Assembly: GCF_006345805.1 (NCBI RefSeq)
Contig: NC_042997.1
Location: 120,156,001-120,220,000 of the forward strand
DNA: 64,000 nucleotides
Direction of reading: 5' to 3'
DNA from: Octopus sinensis
Taxonomy: Eukaryota
Positions within the stretch are counted from its first letter, which is position 1; every line of letters starts with the position of its first letter. The translations under genes and the position numbers were made by a program. Positions 39,155 to 51,942 of this stretch are shown in pieces. The notes below the pieces were generated by a model, which was not told the origin of the DNA, did no database searches, and saw nothing but the letters and a program-made list of their open reading frames with translations.

Positions 39155-41249
39155 ACACACACACACATACACACACACACATATATATATATGTGTGTTT
39201 GTGTGTTTGTGTGCGTGTGTGTTTGTGTATGTTTGTGTATGTGTATATATCTATCACTCTTCAGTACTGCATATATTGTATTATCAGTGAGAATACAGTA
39301 TGTAGGCGAGCGTATGATTTTTTTTCCGACATCAGTCTGCGAAGGAATTCAAGTGAGATACATCGACATTTCTTGTTAGAATATTCGTAATGATGTCAGA
39401 ATATTAGTTTTAGAAAATGGATATGTTCGGGAGAGTAAATGCAAAAATATGAATTTTACAAACCACGAGATTGGAATCATTATATTCATTATCGTAATGT
39501 TATTTACAAAAACCGTAAATAGTGGTTCTTGTAGTCTCAGTTATAATATCATTCTATTTCCATTAAGTAGGAAAGAGTATAATTTATGACGTCTGCTTTC
39601 CAAGAATATTTTTACGTGAATTCTTTTGTTTTTTTTTTTTGTTTTTCGATTGTTTTTTTTTGCTTCGGAAGATAATTTAAAAATATAATATCATATACAT
39701 TTTTACGGATCGTTGGTAGTGAATGTGTACATATTTTTATCTAGCCTGTTTATATAGCTGGTACACAAGCATATGGCCATCGGCATTCTAATCATGACCA
39801 TCCAATCGCCTATATCGTAGCTTATTTATAACTAGGTTTTCATGTGTAATCATCACTTTTGTAAAGTTGAAAAATAGTGATTTTTAAGAGATATAGGTAT
39901 GGGCTGTATCTACCATATGGAACGGTAATATCCAATTCATATCTACGTATTCCATAACACTGATATTATATTCTGTTTACAACAGAGAAATGTGTAAAAT
40001 CTCTGAGAAATATTTACAATCGTATGATGAATTATTTTGAACTGTCTCTGAAATTATATGCTATATTACTGTCGAAATACCTGACGATGTTATTAAATAA
40101 ATAATTATTCCTCTGTTTTGAGATCTTGCTGGAGTTTACCGAATAGATGTGCAGTGTTAGGTATGTTCTTTCGCAATGCACTGCTATTTTTAATGGTGGT
40201 ATTTCACTGATGATTTTGAAGTAGGTACCTGCAATACCGAACAATGTCCTGATTAATAATATATTTTTGTGTACTTCAATTAAAATGTATACGCATATCT
40301 GCAATTAGGCTTGCGTGTTATTATAACTTGTGAAAACATTTACAGAATAATATATCTTAATTATAGCAATTGATTACTGCATATCGATTATGCGCAAAAT
40401 ATAACGTCGGTAGACTATAAATGAGAATGGTATTTGCAATAAGTATATTGTCCTAAAAATAGTTATGAATAGACATGAAAATTTGCTTTATGTTTCTATG
40501 TCTGAATATAAAACACATACTTGCACGCACAATCACAGACATGTCTGACTAATATTGGAAAAAGTTAAAGTGCTTGTTGGTCAGCAATAAATGGGTCACT
40601 TTTCTAAATTATGTGCTACGAGAACAGAAGGCGTAGTAGAAAATCACATAGTGCTAAACAATGTTATGTGGAAATATTCTGATTGCTCTTGACTGATCTT
40701 GACATGCCATTAAGGTAAAATTATTCAAGAGATATAACCTAGCGGTTATGAGGTTATTTCGTAACTAAATAACTAGCATTTAGGCAAATACTAATAGTTT
40801 GATATCAGCTGAGGACAATAACCATCATAGTCCACCCTAAGACATGCGCATGAACGTGAATGATTATCGAGGGATAAATTACTATGAGAACCTTTACAAG
40901 TCTGCAGCGATAACCTATGCATAAATGGACCTACAATGAATCCATTGGCCCTAACCTCAACGAGTTAGGATTAATGAATATTGTAATCAAATTGATTGAA
41001 TCAGCTTCATAGAGGGAATAGCTGGCAATCTTGAAATACATATTATCTAAGTAAAATTGCTTTTGGAGATAAAATTTAAGGTTAGTATTATCATATGAGT
41101 GAATAGCTTCAAGTCTTTGATCAAAGTTTCTCAAACGTCAAGATGTTTTGTCGTAGACTGGTCGAGAATTGATCATTCCATCGTGAGTGCAGTACACAAA
41201 GTGCACAAAAAAATAATAATAAAATAGCAATTATCAGTTATCAAAGGAA

Positions 41250-41960
41250 TGGTTATTAGAAACGTGGAATATGGAGAGGACTGAAAAGTTGGAATGATAT
41301 TGGAGTGTGTAACCATGACGAACAAGAATTTAGAGCAAATATTGTATATAAAGAATGGGGAATATACTTTTACATAGACGGTAAAGAGATATAAAGATCA
41401 ATGAAGGAATACAAGGGGTGAGATATTCCGGTGTACATCGAAAATTCTTCAGAATGTTGTGTTTAAACATAAATTTATATCACTCTATGTAGAAAGAAGA
41501 GCAAGTAGAGATATGCATGAAGAAAATGAATTTGATTGATAAACTTGATAACGATCAATTTGATATCCTTGAAATGAGTTAGAATCATATGAAATTATGG
41601 AGCTTATTATCTGTTAGTTTCAAGGTAATGGATCGGAGCAAGATCAAAATTAAACTTCAAAACTGAAGCACAATTGATAAGAATATTGAGAGAGGAAGAT
41701 TCTACATACAAATTCATAGGTATTGGCAGGAGTTCATGCAGTTCCATACATGGTAAAACTTAACTTGTTAGAACAGGTTGATGTTAATGTAAACACATAT
41801 TTTAAGACAATTATAAGCTTAAACAATGGAATATATCGAAATGTAGAAAGAAGTATTTTAAGATAGGTTAGAGGATACATCCTTGCGTTAAATAGGAAGT
41901 CTGAGAACAATAGTAGAGGAAAGGGGATGATCTTGTGAAAATTAGAAAATATAAAGAAAG
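41250..41960 (+). mobile_element. Possible very old non-LTR RT remnant (R4-like)
   Basis: Purine-biased stretch with fragmentary matches (DGKEI, SKLNF, AVPY, RG.GMI) in the expected order but heavily broken. Confidence 0.25.
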
Positions 41961-42330
41961 AAAATATGCAGTAGAAATACGAATATAATTTTTCATCAAA
42001 CAAAAACAGTTTATTTCAAGGAGAAACGAAACGAAAATCAAGCTTAGAATTCTCAACAAAGTTGATGGCTTTAGTGGATAATTTAGAGGAGAAAACCTAG
42101 TAGGACGCTAAAACACAGTGGACAACATATGTTTAAAATTTCACTGAAAGTTCTATGCCGTGGAATTATTTTGAAATCATGAAAACATCTCAGTATAACT
42201 GAATAAGACCATATCCAAGAAGTGGCGTGAATCACTGCACGACTGAAAGCTTATATTGCCTCACATTAAACTTCGATTATAGGAGGAGATACTTAAACAA
42301 ATATCGCCGCTGTTACTCTTGTAGAAATAA

Positions 42331-42709
42331 CTAGCAGTATCGCCCGGCGTTGCTCAGGTTTGTAAGGGAAATAACTATAAAGCATTTTTAGAGAGTTATA
42401 GCCAAAAAATAGCAAAAAGATGGAAAAAAAGGATGGTAAATTTTTTTAGTTAAAACAGGTGGAGTTGCGTCCCCTAGACAGTTTGCGGTTTGTGTTTCGA
42501 TTCTCGACCCCATGTCGAATTTATCGATTTTTTTCAGAACTGGGGGAACTTTTCAAAATTTTCGCTGCGTTAGTTTTGAATTATGACATTGGGCTATGTG
42601 TGTGTCAAGTTTCATCAGAATCGGTTGAAAGCCGTGGTCAGGGTGAGGGTACAAGAAAACAGACACACAGAAACACGCACAGACAAACTGCCGTTTATAT
42701 AGAGAGAGA
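42331..42709 (-). mobile_element. Non-autonomous Helitron with both termini
   Basis: Minus strand begins A^TCTCTCTCTATATAAA and ends with a CC(T)GAGCAACGCCGGG hairpin plus CGATACTGCTAG^T: 5'-TC, 3'-CTAG, insertion between A and T, no TSD. Confidence 0.85.
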
Positions 42710-43734
42710 TATCATGAGGATAATAAAAATTTCTGTCAAGGGTCAAATTTCATTTTTTTCTTTTTTAGCATGTGTATAGTGGATGAAAATTGACATCATT
42801 ATACTCTTGGTTTATCTTATCTATTCCAGGAGAACGTGATTTCGGCAAGATTGAAATGGGAAAGATAAACATGGATGAAATGTTTATAAAACATTTGCTT
42901 TCAGCTTTGGTGCTCGAACTTTTCTACTTATAGGATTAGTAAATATGAACGAAGAGAAATGAAAGCTTGTGAAAATATAGACGCATGGCATTGTAATCAC
43001 ACTATAAAAGAATGTGAGCTCTGACCCAGAGGGAAATTATGCACAAAACGTTCATAAATAACTTCCACTTCAAATATTAATATAAAAAATATTCATAAAA
43101 AACACAGCTGAAATTATACAAATATCGCGATATACATGTTAGTACGGCTAAAAGAGAATAAAGATGATGAGTGTAGCAGTAGGAATAATAAAAAGAATGT
43201 TACAGACATATATGCAACCATAATCCTGAACTTGTAACATATGAGGATTAACACTACTAGCTGCTACCTAATAATAATAATGTTCGTCCTTCGGGTTCGA
43301 AGATGACCATTGACATCATTTGGTGGAATTGCTGCTATGAGACTACCTACTAATACTTGGAAGCAAAGAGTGAAAATGTATTTAACCAACAGAAATGTAC
43401 AGAGTGATGGTGCTAAAAATCAGTAATAAGATTGACCTTCGACATCGGTTGGACTTATACAATATGACGACAGTGATGAATAACAGAATCGGGAAATAGC
43501 ATTCCATAGTTTGTTAGATATTTTGTGTCAATCACGTTTGAGCTCTTTTTAACTTTGTCCAGTCCAGCATTAGAAAAATGTACTTCACTGAATCGCTAAA
43601 GTCGATTTTGCCGTCTGTTTAAATGCCTCTCATATACGACTGTGTTCACAAAACATTATTACTATTATTTCAGTTACCAATGGAGCATATTGTGCAGGCC
43701 AAGCGCACATCACACACACACACCTACACACATG

Positions 43735-43780
<46 letters not shown>

Positions 43781-43945
43781 ACACACACACACACACACAA
43801 AGGTACACATGTTGTGATTGGTTATGTAGAAAAAAACTGTGTGTAAATGTGTGTGTGTGACTGTGTGTGTTTGTGTGTGTATGGTATAAGGAAAATAGAG
43901 TGTCGAGAGTGTGAGCACAGGAAGTATCAATTTATTTACATGATG

Positions 43946-44907
43946 TCTACCACAGGGTTGATTTTAAAGAGTAAAAATCACCAAACATAATCTTCGCAAA
44001 CCATCGACATACAGTGCGCTTCTTCTCCCTGTGGTAGACCTGAAACCAGGTTGAATAATGATAAGCTGGAGACTGTAGTGGAAGCGGTTACATATGAAAC
44101 TAGGCGTGAGTTAGCAGGAATGTTAGATGTTCTCATTCCAATTGTATTGGACCATCTGAAACAAATCGGGAAGGTAAAGAAGCTGGAGAAGTGAGTACCA
44201 AAGGGACTGAAAAAGCATCAGATGACTCGTCGTCTTGAAACTTGCTGTTCTTTGCTGTCATAGTATAAAAGTGAACTATTTTTTCATTGTATTGTTACGT
44301 GTGATGGAAAGTGGATTCTTTTTAACAATAGCAAGTGTTCTACATGGTGTTTGGATACAGACTAAGTTCCAAAGCACATTCCAAAAAAGAATATTCACCA
44401 AAAACGCTAATGTCGTCTGTTTTGTGGTCCAGCACCGGAGCCATCCATTACAGCTTTATGAGACTTGGTAAGTCAATTACAGTGGATGTATACAACCACG
44501 AACTGGATGAAATGATGAGTAAAATTGCAATTAAACAGCCGCGATTCGTCAATAGAGACAGGCCAATTCTCTTGCAAGGCAATGCTCGACTATATGTTTC
44601 ACAAACAACGCTACTCAAGGTACAGAAACTGAACTTGGAGGTATTCTTTCATTCGCCATATTCACCAGACCTTGCACCAACTGACTATCACATTTTGAAG
44701 GCATTAAACACATTTTTGCAATGAAAAACCTCAAATCTGCAGAAGATGCATAAAGAGCCTTTCGCGATTTCATTCTGCCTTGCGCTCTCACTGCCATCAT
44801 ATATAAGCTACCGATAAAATGGCAAGATTGGTCATTGCTTTTTGTTGAGATAAAGTAAAATAAACTTTCAGTTCTAAGTCGGACATTTCATTCTTAATGA
44901 CCCGGTA
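43946..44907 (+). mobile_element. Mariner transposase pseudogene, 5'-truncated, with 3' TIR
   Basis: Motifs *VPK (from WVPHEL), VTCDGKWI, LLQGNARLYV (from HDNARPH) and HSPYSPDLAPTDYH; ends GGACATTTCATTCTTAATGACCCGG-TA. Confidence 0.9.
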
Positions 44908-44932
44908 AAACAATTCTGTGTCATATAATCAC

Positions 44933-45333
44933 ACAATGAGAATTCAAATAAATGCTTTTGAATACACCCTGCTAATAAATCATGGATAGCATTGTTCACA
45001 AAAAATAGTTTGCCCCTCGAAATATCAAATACCTGATGTCACCTGCAAACTACTTTCACATAGTCATAAATATCTCTGAATAATCTCAGATCGAGCAGAT
45101 TGAGTAAGATTAAAATTTACAAAAATTCCTATGACATGTATGAAGCTACGAAAATCCTAAATACACTTATCATACATGAAGACGCATTTTCTGAAGAATA
45201 TCATGTTTTAAAAAAGACATAAAACTCTTCCAGTGTAAATGTCACGCACTTCCTCAAAACCGTCTCTTTGTTTCCCATATATCAGTACAATCCTTATGCA
45301 CAGCTCTCTGTTTCTCTACCTACCACATACACG

Positions 45334-45392
<59 letters not shown>

Positions 45393-45570
45393 TTTATCTA
45401 TCTATCTCTCAATCTATCTATCTAACTATTTATCTATCTATCAATCTGTATATAGAGTTTTATATATATAAAGATGCTTACAAGATGCATTAGCAACATT
45501 TTTCAAAAAGTGTTACCCAGAATTCATTAGCAGGATGCACTCAAAAGCATTTATTTAAATTCGCCTTGTA
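44933..45570. mobile_element. Degenerate MITE with ~75-bp imperfect TIRs (Tc1/mariner-like end)
   Basis: ACAATGAGAATTCAAATAAATGCTTTTGAATACACCCTGCTAAT matches the reverse complement of ~45525-45570 (TACAAGGCGAATTTAAATAAATGCTTTTGAGTGCATCCTGCTAAT). Confidence 0.65.
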
Positions 45571-45577
45571 CTATTTA

Positions 45578-45613
<36 letters not shown>

Positions 45614-47053
45614 CAGTATGTGTGTGTGTTTGTGTGTGTCAATTGATAGATAGATAGATAGATAGACAGACAGATCGATAAATACATAGACACATACATA
45701 CATATATAGAGATATATAAATGTTAGGTTGACAAATCCAGGTGTACAAAGAAAGTGAGATTCATGCAATCCATAATAAAATGGAAAAATAAACAACTTTC
45801 AAGAACAATTGAGTTTTAATGTGATTTTGCCCTTATCAAAGCACGATAAGCTGAAGAAAAAATTATAATTGACGGTAGGCAGCCACGGTTGCCAGGTATG
45901 GAAATACAAATTCAAGTGATAAGGAAAAGACTAAATATAATCAGGACTATATACGTTTCATAGCGAGCGGCGCTTCGGAAGTGCTAAATATCAAAGTGAG
46001 GTGTATACCGCAGGCTACTGAATATGCCAAGGGTATCATGATTATATGAAGTTTACGTTGTCGTTACGAGGTCCTTGTTAAGATACCCTTGGCCTGAAGA
46101 GAATCCTGTGATATACTCCTATCATGCATATTCTCCATTTCCGAGGTCTCGCTTGCTATGAAACATATGTAACCCGGAATCGATCGCCTCCATTATTTAA
46201 CTCTTATACACACACACTTACACACGGAAATACATACATATATATTGATAATATGAAAAATCATGTGGAATGAGAGGGAAAAGGAAGGTCTATAGACAGA
46301 TAGCAGAGTAAATAGAGAAATATATTGATATGTGTAGCTTGGTATATTTACAAAATAAAATTCGATGTGTGCGTGCATAATTTATAAGGTTAATGTAGAT
46401 AAATTGCTAATTTGTTATTCTAAACAAGATTGAAACAATTGAAGCAACACCTCGCCTAGGGTTGATTAATTATCTGGGAAAAATCATTATAAAGCAAATG
46501 AAAAACATATTTTTTAGTGAAACAGTATTAAGATAATTTAAACGGAATGTTTAAAGAGTTGTGTCTTGTAGCGTCGTTGACGAACGACGGTGCACCTGCA
46601 AACAAAGATATGTTGTATGGATAACATTGCAAGGTACTTTTTCTACGCATCAATGTTATAGAATTCCTGCGGCTAAAACCCGATCAGTTTATAATTTTTT
46701 TAATGATGATGCCTTTCTTAATAAACAACGTGAAATTTGAAAAGCCTAGGTACAACATTTCAAAAAAATCTTAATTAATTTGTTTTATTGTAATGTTTCG
46801 TGTATGATGTTATTCATCTTAGCACGATTGAAAACAAAATATTTTCAAATACGCTTGGGCATCACGTATATAAAACAATACGTTACAAGATTTCAATTAA
46901 CTTAGATTATTCATGCAGACTCTGGACAAAAAGGCCCTCGAGTGACGTTTAAAATTCTAAAACAACAAGCAATGGAAATAACACTTAACAAACCACTAAA
47001 CTAAGGTTTATCTATCTATCTGTCGATCTCTCTCTATCTATCTATCTATCCAT

Positions 47054-47113
<60 letters not shown>

Positions 47114-47127
47114 ATATCTATCTATCT

Positions 47128-47163
<36 letters not shown>

Positions 47164-47168
47164 ATAAT

Positions 47169-47365
47169 AAAGGGTAAAATTAATTAATCAATTAATAATA
47201 ATTGCTTTTCCCAAGTAATTCAGTATGTTAAAATAACCTGTCTGGGAGATATCTTATGGAAGTAGAATAGCATTTTAACTGCTATTTCTAAATTTCGGTA
47301 GGTGGTGAAGGAAGTTTTGCTGAAGCCTAATTATAATTATGCGTATAATTATAGAATGTTTGTAT
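47169..47365. repeat. Unclassified interspersed repeat; distal half inverted relative to the 6574 copy
   Basis: Alignment by eye to 6574-6755. Confidence 0.7.
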
Positions 47366-47436
47366 CTATCTATTTAGATAGATAGATAGACAGATAGATA
47401 GATAGATAAATGGATAAATATATATATATGTGTGTG

Positions 47437-47513
<77 letters not shown>

Positions 47514-47548
47514 ATATATAATATATAGATAGATAGACAGATAGATAT

Positions 47549-47618
47549 GTTTCTTATTAGCCACACAGGGCTGCACACAGATAGAACAAATTACAAGGTA
47601 GAGCTTTTCTTTTGAAGG

Positions 47619-47653
<35 letters not shown>

Positions 47654-49308
47654 AAGGGGGAGGTTCGATCAAAAGGGATCGTAAAAGGAGAGAAAGAGGA
47701 CAAAATAAGGGGGGTTAAAAAAAAAAAAAAAAAAAAAAAAGAGGGGGGGGAGAGGAAAAAAAATTATCAATAGGGATCGTTATCACAGAAGTGTCAATAT
47801 GAAGTGTAAAGGGGAGGACAGGTGAGGTTTACCCGTGGAAAGAAAAGCCTGCGGAAAAGACCACGGTAACCTCGGTCAATGAAGTCACATTTTATATTTC
47901 TTTTTTTTTTTTTCTTTTTGCAATAAGCAACTCTCTGTTTTCGATTTCTGGGTTCATAGGACTATGCTCAAGGTGGCTTCGTCATTCATACGTGCCATTC
48001 TTGCTACATTCACCCATCTTTTTTTAAAACATTCGCTAGACAAAACTTGCCTCTCTACTCTCACTTTCCTTTTCAAGTGGTACTTGAAGAAGTTGATGAG
48101 AGATTGACCAGAGAGGAAAGTGTTTGTCTCCAATCCTTTCAGACGCGTCCACCAGATACATTCTTTCGCCATAGCCACAAGGATGATGAAAATAGCTCTT
48201 CCTTCCCGTTTGAAGGAAGGAGGCGTGACAATATTGACGATAGACTCAGCTGAGAAACCGACTCGTCCCACACGTGACAGCAGTTGTTCGACATAAGCCC
48301 ACAGGTCGGAAATTGTTGGACACTGAACGAGTGCGTGCAGAACGGTTTCGTCGCTCTGACCGCATCTCGGGCAGGTCGGCCCCGTGTTTCTCGAGCCGTG
48401 TCTGTAGAGCTTATCCCGAACGGGTAGCGCTTCTCGGTAGCACTGCCAGGCCAGGGATCTCTGGAAGTTGTCCATGGGCCCTGGCCCGAAAGTCGTCCCG
48501 AACAGGCGGGTCAGGTACTCCTCGTCGACGTCCAGGTTCGCCCGAGCTCGTCGTCGTACCTCCCCTCCACTAAACCCCTATAGAATGCTTTGGTTGTGTT
48601 GAAGTCACTTAAGGTCGACCCAGGACGGCAGAGTTGCTTGAGAGCAACGCGACACTCGCGGTGCCATTCGCCCTTCCTCGGCCTCTTTTTGATCCACGAC
48701 TGCAGTTCGGTCATGGAGACGAGCTGCGGGAAAGCGTGCCTCACAAACGGCGACCACACCTGTTCACCGTCGTCTACATAGAGCCAGAGATGTCGCAGTC
48801 TCAGCGCGTGTCTGCGCATCATCAACCACGGCATGCCCAGCCCTCCTTTTAACGGGTGTTGACAGCAAATGGATCGCCTGACCATCGGGACGCATCCTTT
48901 CCACAAGAAGCGAAAGAGGATGCGTTGTAGTTTGGTGATGGTAGGGTCGGGACAAGGTACGACGGTCAGGCGGTAGTAGATGACGGACGCGATGTACGTG
49001 TTCGCCACCTCCGCTCGACCTTTTAGGGACAGTTTCCTCTCGGCCCATTGCCGGGCGAGAGTGACCACCCTACTCGTTATCTCGTTCCAGTTCTTCTCCA
49101 CTTGGAGGTCCGGACCAAACCAGACCCCGAGCAACTCAACCGGGCCGTCGGTCCAGCGTCCCACGACGGAGGCGCTGGTGGACGGCATGGGCTTGCTTCT
49201 CCAGGTGCCTAGTCGCAAGCCCACTGACTTTTCCCGGTTGATTTTCGCTCCTGTCACCGCTTCGTAGTTTTTCAGTGTCTCGCCGACCAGCTCGATGTGC
49301 TCGTGGCT
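47549..49308 (-). mobile_element. Tx1/L1-clade non-LTR retrotransposon, 5'-truncated just after the RT catalytic motif; young
   Basis: TGAKINREKS, WAERKLSLKGRAEVAN, KGGLGMP and the zinc finger CPRCGQSDETVLHALVQC. One frameshift near 48540, stop at 47954, and a 3' UTR ending GTGTGGCTAATAAGAAAC. GC-rich compared with its flanks. Confidence 0.93.

Positions 49309-49385
<77 letters not shown>
49309..49385. repeat. (GATA)n microsatellite flanking the Tx1 element (partner tract at 47525-47548)
   Basis: Read directly. Confidence 0.95.
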
Positions 49386-51546
49386 CTTAAAGCCAACTGA
49401 TGCAAACAACGTGCATGACCTTGTGTTACTAAACCTCAAAAATTAATCATAATCTGATTGGTTTCATATGCCAGTGTTCAGAGTAAATAAGAATGAAAGT
49501 AATGTAGTAACGCTGGTTATGAATATCATCAATATGTTTAAGAACAAGTAACACAAATAATTTTTCTGTTTACAAAATTCAAATATAATTGGGCCGTATA
49601 TTTGTAATACAGTATGTTGAAACACTTCAATTGGCTCTGACAATTCATGCAGTCAATAGGCAAATGCTTTATCACGGTGTGTTTCAAAAGGAATGAGTAC
49701 AGCCAACGGAATTATTTCCGTAATCTACCAAAGAAAAAACAAAATGTAACGAAAAGCAACTAATTGAAATTTTCAGGAAATATAAGTAGTGCTGTTTAAA
49801 ATTTCCGCTTTGCTGCATCTGCACTGCGATATTCCATTACATAATCAAAACGATATTTGATTCAATTTCGCGCAAAATTTCAAATATACAAAACATAAGG
49901 AAAATAGGAAAATAGTTACATGTATTTTAGGGTTGTAATTGAAAGAAGATATAGTGATATCGATCCACAAGCTTCAAAGCAATATCTTGCATTTCAATTT
50001 TCATGTATACGAAAATTTGTTTTATTAATTTTGCTCACAAACTCATCGTACATAAAAATATATGGGTCATGTGCAAATTTTCCAAACGAAATGTTAATGC
50101 ATATTTCTACACATATATTTTGAATGATATATATATATACATCACATATGCGTGTGTGCGTGAGTTTGTGCATATGTGTGTGCATATGCATGTGGACAAA
50201 TACACACACGTTTGTATATGCGGTATTTATATTTGCAAAACGTAATAGAGATACAAGCAGGTGAATTTTACCTATTTTTCCGTAGAGCGTGCACATGATA
50301 GAAAAGCATAATCGATTTCATTTATATTTTGATGACTATGCACTGCTGCTTTGTTACCTATGTTATCATCGTATTTATAATTGGTTCTTGGCATGTTCTG
50401 AAATCTTACCTTCTATTTGCAAGTAACTCCTATAGGACAATTACAATAAAATCATTATCAGGCAGAAAATTAGAAAGGGAAGACAACAAAATTTTCCTAA
50501 GCGTCAATAAAACGTTGAAATAACGGTGGCATGAATTAAGATAATTTTTATCTTGAAAATAAAGACGGACACGACCTAGTTTCTATAAGACAGGTACTCG
50601 ACTAATGGAACTACTAAAGTATCATGAAAATGGATCAGTATTTGAAATCTTATGATAATAATGTTATCTACTCAACAATCCAAGTGATAAGGACCGCATT
50701 ACATTTACTATAATAAAACCTGTACAGACCTATTATTTATGTTGTACTCATATCTGTACACTCAATCTAATTTCCAGTCACAGACAATACAAATTTTACT
50801 ATGGTTAGCTAGATATCATTGAACTATACCTCACATCTTCCTCCGTCATCAAAAGCAGATGACGAAACTGTCAATCACAGCATATTAAGAACTATGTTTT
50901 GATACGCAAACATAATGCAATTAATTTCCTTGTGCATGCTAAGTTTTGACTCACAAGAATCTATTATTTAAAGCCAACCTAAGTAGTGATGGTAGCTGAT
51001 GAGATATAACGATCACGAAACACGTGTCCACAGGCGGATGATGGCATTCGTAGCATAATTCGATGTCACTTCATACGCAGGAGCTAGAAAGAGTGTTTCT
51101 CTTCCGATAGATTCATTTCAGAGCGCGTTTCCCTCCGTTCTATTGTACACACATACCCACACTCACAAACACACACGCACACCTACTAACACACATAAAT
51201 ACACACACACACACACACACACAAACACATATACACATTTGGACGCATTATTGCAACAGCTTGGATTTCACTGAACCAAAACTGTTTAAACTCCTGCCAA
51301 GAAACCTACGATATCTGCACGGCGTAGGTGTAGAAATGTTTACAAATCCCCCGGACAAATTTCTGAGTAAAATCTAGATGGGCCCACGTCAGACGGCAAA
51401 AAGAAGAACACTTCGTCCAACTCTTTTCTTCAAAACAGTGAGAAAACTGTATCAAAAACAGTACCGAAAAGGGAAACATAATTTGTGAAATGTGGTGCTC
51501 CGGCTTTTGACTGAAACCAGTAAAAAGATAACAATAATATGTGTGC

Positions 51547-51616
<70 letters not shown>

Positions 51617-51620
<4 letters not shown>

Positions 51621-51853
51621 GAAGGTTAGAAAATGCATTTTTAAAGATGTTTAATCACTTGACCGGTTTCATTTTTTAGAAAAAGATTTTGAAAAGTAAA
51701 ATGTAAAGATTTGTAATATTTTGTAACAACCAGTAACTAACACAACAAAGCTTTTACAGAGTTTTAATTTTACGTTTTACAATCTTTTTCTAAAAAAGTG
51801 AAACCGGTCAAGTGAATAAACATCTTTAAAATTGCATTTTCAAACCTTCTTTC
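51617..51853. mobile_element. MITE with ~85-bp TIRs inserted in (TA)n
   Basis: GAAAGAAGGTTAGAAAATGCATTTTTAAAGATGTTTAATCACTTGACCGGTTTCA...AGAAAAAGATT is mirrored at the right end; TATATA on both sides. Confidence 0.85.
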
Positions 51854-51903
51854 ATATATATTTCTACTCGTGCGGTACATTATAATTTCCCTTTGCTATG
51901 TAT

Positions 51904-51942
<39 letters not shown>

